Positions 47,299-51,848 of a stretch of 51,848 nt of DNA are shown here, in pieces. Position 1 is the stretch's first letter, and each line of letters starts with the position of its first letter. The notes under the pieces were generated by a model. The model searched no databases. It saw nothing but the letters and a program-made list of their open reading frames with translations, and was not told where the DNA came from. This DNA comes from Minisyncoccia bacterium (lineage in GTDB: Bacteria; Patescibacteriota; Minisyncoccia; Phycocordibacterales; UBA5272), in NCBI GenBank assembly GCA_039809325.1, contig JBDHUS010000002.1:1-51848 (forward strand), read 5' to 3'. The position numbers and the translations under genes were made by a program.

Positions 47299-49881
47299 TT
47301 ATTTTCCAAATCGCCAATTTCTAATCCTTTCACTGTCTATAAAATGACTATTGATATATTTTATTTCTTCGTCCATCTCTTTTTTAATATCTTTTTGTAA
47401 AAAGTCCCTTGTTAATTTATCTATCTTTTTAAGATCATATAATTTTTCTACCACCCAACTAGCTACATGATATCTGCTTGTTTTATTTAAAATATGCATA
47501 TGTAGTAATGTTGTAATCCCTCCTCTATCTATATATCCTCGCACTTCTACATCTTTATTACTTCTTCCTATATTAAAGAAAAATCTTTCTACACTTTGTG
47601 GATGTCCATGAAAATTAACAAAAACCTTAGCATCTTTTATTATATTTTCTAACTTTTCGTTAAATGAAATCATTTCTTCACTAAATCTATCTCCTCCTGA
47701 TAATTTTGAAATATTAAGAAATCCTATCTTAACACTAGTTCTTTCTTTTTTTAATTTATATTTTTTAAATAATTGATTAACTAAATCAATACCTGCTATA
47801 GACTCTAATGATAAATAATCTCCTATTCCAGATATTATAAGATCATAATTTTTCCCTTTATTTAATTTATCTGAAAATGAATTTAATATTAATATACCTT
47901 CCTCTATACTTCTTTTTGCTTCTATCTCGCTTAAAAATAATGGTCTTTCTTCATCTTTTCCAGCAACTAAAATATTAATCTTATTTCTACTTTTAGAAAT
48001 TCTTTCCATTGCATATCCTGTAGCCACAGCATCAATTGGAAAATAAATATCTACACAATCAGAATTTCTAGCAAGCATATCGTCAATGAATCCTGGATTT
48101 TGATGAGAATAGCCATTGTGCTCTTGAAGCCAACCAGGAGCAGTCAAAATTATATTAAATCCAGAAACATCTCCTCTCCATGGTATTTCTTTTGATACTC
48201 GTAAAAATTTTAAATATTGATCTACCATAGATGCTACAACTTGCACAAATGCTTCATATGAGGCAAAGAATGCATGTCTGCCAGTCAAAACATACCCCAT
48301 CATCATACCTATAAGAGTATTTTCTGAAAGCATTTCTATTATTCTTCCTCTCTTTGATAGATCTTTCTCCCAAGGTTTTATCTCAGCAAGCCATGCTCTA
48401 CTTTCTTCTTCAAAAATAGCATCTAATTTATTTGAGTATGTTTCATCGGGAGAGAAAAATCTAAAATTCTTATTTGCTTCATTTAATCGAAAAACTTCTT
48501 TCATATATTCTCCTACTATTTTCATAGGAGAATGCTTGCCCCAATCTTTATTTGTTTCAAGTATTGTTTTCTTAAATATTTTTGTTAAAACTGGTAATTT
48601 TAACGCTTTTAATTTTCCTTTACCATTTTGCTGAACATGTATATTCATTCCAACTCTCCACATTTTTTCTGGAATTATATCTTCTATTTCTTTTATAAAT
48701 AATTCTCTATTATCATCCTTTAATCTTTTTTTAATTAATGATTCTGTTGCTAATAGATTTTTTGAAAAAAGCTCTTCTATTTTATAACTTTTTAACCACT
48801 CTTCTAAAGCTTTTAACTCATTTTTATTTGTTTTAGCATTTGGAAATGGTACTTGATGAGACTCTGAATTCCCTTCTATTTTTACTTTATTATAATTCTT
48901 TGGAGCAGACCACCCTTTATCACTTTTAATTATTATAATAGGCAGACCTTTTGTATCCCCTGTCTTTTTCATCTCAAAAATCTTTTTAAAGGATTTCTCT
49001 AATACTTCTTGCATTAAAATATGAATATTGTCTTTTTCTAAATCATGATTAAATCTATTTGCATAAATATTTGTATCACTTGCAGCATCTATTATATATG
49101 GCTCATATCCATGTCCTTCAAAAAATGCTATTAATTCTTTGTCAGTCATTCTAGCAAAAATAGTTGGACCAGATATTTTGTATTTATTTAAATTTAAGAC
49201 TGGTAAAACTACACCATTATCTTTTGAATTTATGAATTTAGAAGCGTGCCAACTTGTAGCAAGTGAAGCTGTTTCAGCTTCTCCATCACCAATCATAGTG
49301 ACAGCTATTAAATCTTTATTATCAAGTACTGCTCCACTCGCATTAGATATAGAGTATCCAAGCTCACCTCCTTCAAGAATAGCTCCAGGAGTGTCCGGTG
49401 AAGGATGCGTAGGAAAACCATTTGTAACTCCAAAATATTTTATCAAATTCGCAAGTCCTTCTTTGTCATAAGATATTTCAAAATCAAAAATATTTGGAAT
49501 ATTTTTATTAATATTCCCAAAATATTGAGTTAATGTTTTCTCCATAAAAAGATTTGCTTGTAGTCCTGGGAAAGCATGCCCCGGGCCAAGCAAAAATATA
49601 ATGTCTCTTAATTTTGGATTATTTTTTTGATTTTCTTTTAAATATAGATTTAAATGCGCTAAGAAAAAAGCGACTCCTGTTGCCCCTCCCCAGTGTCCTA
49701 ATAATCTATTTTTAATATCTTCATGTTTTAATTCTCTTTCTAAAAAGAAATTGTCTTTTAAATAAAGCTGTGTTGCAGAAATATAATTTACAGCTCTAAT
49801 ATATTTTTTAATAGGTGAATAATCTTTTTTATCTAATAATTTATTTTCTTTATTATTTTTTTTATTTAAATCTTTTATCAT
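47299..49881 (-). CDS. xfp: xylulose-5-phosphate/fructose-6-phosphate phosphoketolase (long form)
   Basis: 860 aa. Conserved blocks are AVNYISATQLYLKDN, LLGHWGG, EGGELGYS and GDGEAETA (the TPP-binding region). Confidence 0.92.
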   Translation of the reverse strand: MIKDLNKKNNKENKLLDKKDYSPIKKYIRAVNYISATQLYLKDNFFLERELKHEDIKNRLLGHWGGATGVAFFLAHLNLYLKENQKNNPKLRDIIFLLGPGHAFPGLQANLFMEKTLTQYFGNINKNIPNIFDFEISYDKEGLANLIKYFGVTNGFPTHPSPDTPGAILEGGELGYSISNASGAVLDNKDLIAVTMIGDGEAETASLATSWHASKFINSKDNGVVLPVLNLNKYKISGPTIFARMTDKELIAFFEGHGYEPYIIDAASDTNIYANRFNHDLEKDNIHILMQEVLEKSFKKIFEMKKTGDTKGLPIIIIKSDKGWSAPKNYNKVKIEGNSESHQVPFPNAKTNKNELKALEEWLKSYKIEELFSKNLLATESLIKKRLKDDNRELFIKEIEDIIPEKMWRVGMNIHVQQNGKGKLKALKLPVLTKIFKKTILETNKDWGKHSPMKIVGEYMKEVFRLNEANKNFRFFSPDETYSNKLDAIFEEESRAWLAEIKPWEKDLSKRGRIIEMLSENTLIGMMMGYVLTGRHAFFASYEAFVQVVASMVDQYLKFLRVSKEIPWRGDVSGFNIILTAPGWLQEHNGYSHQNPGFIDDMLARNSDCVDIYFPIDAVATGYAMERISKSRNKINILVAGKDEERPLFLSEIEAKRSIEEGILILNSFSDKLNKGKNYDLIISGIGDYLSLESIAGIDLVNQLFKKYKLKKERTSVKIGFLNISKLSGGDRFSEEMISFNEKLENIIKDAKVFVNFHGHPQSVERFFFNIGRSNKDVEVRGYIDRGGITTLLHMHILNKTSRYHVASWVVEKLYDLKKIDKLTRDFLQKDIKKEMDEEIKYINSHFIDSERIRNWRFGK

Positions 49882-49978
49882 AATACTATTTTATCATGAT
49901 AAAAGACTATTATTTTTTTTATTCACAAAAATAATTATAAAAATAAAAATACAAACAATACTTCACATCACCTGTATT

Positions 49979-51848
49979 TTATTCCATATGAGCCTTTTCT
50001 TTTTCTTCTAAAATGCCTTTTAACTCTTTGTGGTTTTTTAAATCAACATCATCCTTTATTATTTTTTCTGCTTCTTTTTTTGCTATTTCTACTAATTTTA
50101 TATTTTTGATAGCTTCCATAGCAATATCACTCATACCCCATTGTTTGCCACTTGTTAAAGAACCTATACCTCTTTGATTCAAATCATATTCTGCTAGTTC
50201 AAATCCGTTTTTAGCTTTTAATAAAGCATTTATTCTATCTTTAGTATTTTCAGAATTAGAATTTGAAAATAAATAACAAATGCTTTCTCTTTCTCCTCTT
50301 CCTATTCGCCCACGAAGTTGATGAAGCTGAGCGAGACCAAATCTTTCTGCACTTTCTATTATCATTCTTGTTGCATTTGGGACATTTACCCCTACTTCTA
50401 TTACAGAAGTAGAGATTAATATTTGTATTTTATTATTTAAAAAATCTTGCATTATATTTTCTTTTTCATCTTTTTTGATTTTTGAATGCATTCCAAAAAC
50501 TTTTATATTTTTTGCTCCACACCTCGCTAAAAATTCTTCCAAATTTTTGACTTCACTAGCCACACTCCGCAAGTTCAACTTTTTAGCTGTTTGTATCGCT
50601 TCAGAATCAAGCTCGTCAATTCTTGGCACCACCACATAAGCTTGATAACCTTTTTTTATTTCTTCCATTATTTCTTTATATACACTCTCTCTATCTTTCT
50701 CTTTTTCTATTTTTGTTATTATTGGTTTTCTATTTTTTGGTAATTCGCTAATAATAGATAAGTCTAAATCACCAAATATAGTGAGAGCCAAAGTTCTCGG
50801 TATTGGAGTCGCTGTCATAGATAATAAATGTGGCAGCTTTTCTCTTTCTTCTATTATTTTTAATTTTTTATTTGTAATATTTTTAATGTCATTTGCTACA
50901 AGTATTTTTGTATTTATAGACTTTTTATTAGCAAGAGCTGCTCTTTGCTTTATTCCAAATCTATGTTGCTCATCTATTATAACAAGTGCTAGATTTTGAA
51001 ATGATAAAGTCTTTTGAATAAGTGAATGAGTGCCTATCACAATAGATATATCACCTGTCTCTACCCATTTTTTAAGTTGAGCTTTTGATATATTAGTATA
51101 AGTATTTTTATTTATTTTACTTGGATATTTTTTACAAACTTTACTAGTTAAAAGACCTATTTCTATATATTCATCTTTAAAAAAGTCTACAAATGACTCA
51201 AAGTGTTGTGTTGCTAATATTTCAGTTGGAGCCATTATTGCTATTTGCAATTTTTTATTATTTTCTTTATCTCTATTTTCATAATGAGAAACTATATATG
51301 ATATAGTAGCAGCTACTAAAGTTTTTCCACTACCAACATCTCCCTCAAGAAGTCTACCCATAGGATCGCTCTTTTCTAAATCTTCTGTAATGCTATTAAT
51401 AGAATCTATTTGTCCAGCTGTAAATTTAAATTTATATTTTGCTTCTATTTTAGATATAAATTCTTTTTTATATTTTGTATCTATTTTATAAGAGAGACTA
51501 TTTTTAGCTTTATACTTTTCTATTTGTTTTATTAATTGCAGAAAAAATATTTCTTGAAAAGAAAATCTTTTTCTAGCTACTAATATTTGCTCTTCTACCT
51601 TTTTAATATCTTTCCCTTTTGGTAAATGTATATATAAATATGCCTTATCTAGAGTTGGTAAATGTAAATCATTTAAGACATTTTTAGGAATTGGGTCAAA
51701 GTTTTTAACTTTTTCTAAAATATTGTATTCATGAATAACTTTTTTAATTAAAGTGTGAAGAAAATTAGAAGAAACTCCTTTTGTCTCTTTGTAGACGGGT
51801 ATCATTTCTTTTAAATTTTTATTCTGAGCGTCAACCTCAGCAAAAATA
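49979..51848 (-). CDS. recG: ATP-dependent DNA helicase RecG (5' end runs off the window)
   Basis: It has FKFTAGQ, Walker A GDVGSGKT, DEQHRFG, SMTATPIPRT and QLHQLRGRIGRG. The reading frame stays open upstream of the first Met (51805) to the window edge (...IFAEVDAQNKNLKE-M). Confidence 0.9.
   Translation of the reverse strand, partial: IFAEVDAQNKNLKEMIPVYKETKGVSSNFLHTLIKKVIHEYNILEKVKNFDPIPKNVLNDLHLPTLDKAYLYIHLPKGKDIKKVEEQILVARKRFSFQEIFFLQLIKQIEKYKAKNSLSYKIDTKYKKEFISKIEAKYKFKFTAGQIDSINSITEDLEKSDPMGRLLEGDVGSGKTLVAATISYIVSHYENRDKENNKKLQIAIMAPTEILATQHFESFVDFFKDEYIEIGLLTSKVCKKYPSKINKNTYTNISKAQLKKWVETGDISIVIGTHSLIQKTLSFQNLALVIIDEQHRFGIKQRAALANKKSINTKILVANDIKNITNKKLKIIEEREKLPHLLSMTATPIPRTLALTIFGDLDLSIISELPKNRKPIITKIEKEKDRESVYKEIMEEIKKGYQAYVVVPRIDELDSEAIQTAKKLNLRSVASEVKNLEEFLARCGAKNIKVFGMHSKIKKDEKENIMQDFLNNKIQILISTSVIEVGVNVPNATRMIIESAERFGLAQLHQLRGRIGRGERESICYLFSNSNSENTKDRINALLKAKNGFELAEYDLNQRGIGSLTSGKQWGMSDIAMEAIKNIKLVEIAKKEAEKIIKDDVDLKNHKELKGILEEKEKAHME

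Overview
This is an AT-rich, gene-dense bacterial chromosomal window. Spacers are mostly 0-100 nt and several stop/start pairs overlap. All long ORFs are intact under the standard code, so UGA is not recoded. By inference, the content looks like a small-genome Candidate Phyla Radiation (Patescibacteria)-type organism; a 16S or marker-gene search is needed to confirm. The supporting signs are a stand-alone, sequence-divergent 16S rRNA gene, a monoderm-style type IV pilus operon, a phosphoketolase plus acetate kinase pair, and many K/E/N-rich hypothetical proteins. Recognisable content includes 2 tRNAs, one 16S rRNA, and information-processing genes (dnaE, ligA, uvrC, recG, rnc, rnj, nusB, rpmF, gatCA, an RluB-type pseudouridine synthase, an ABC-F ATPase and an RRM protein). 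It also includes a class I ribonucleotide reductase, SecDF/SecG/DsbB, an 8-gene pilus block (pilT, pilC, pilin, pilD, 4 minor pilins), and xfp-ackA. I saw no CRISPR array, transposase, integrase or prophage. The observations most worth follow-up are listed here. (1) The 16S 3' tail has no CCUCC anti-Shine-Dalgarno core, and the genes I checked lack SD motifs. (2) The 16S gene is unlinked, bracketed by a 14-bp processing stem, and has its own terminator. (3) A consensus promoter plus a GC-rich terminator with no ORF between them suggests a ~75-nt sRNA between secD and ackA. (4) NusB and a Nudix hydrolase are fused across an A11 tract. (5) The ATP-cone sits on NrdB while NrdA has none. (6) A 1.5-kb cassette of roughly 42-45% G+C has a Bacteroidota-like surface-protein signature. 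(7) Two paralogous two-gene modules of unknown function occur at separate loci. All RNA ends and promoter calls are hand-derived and approximate.
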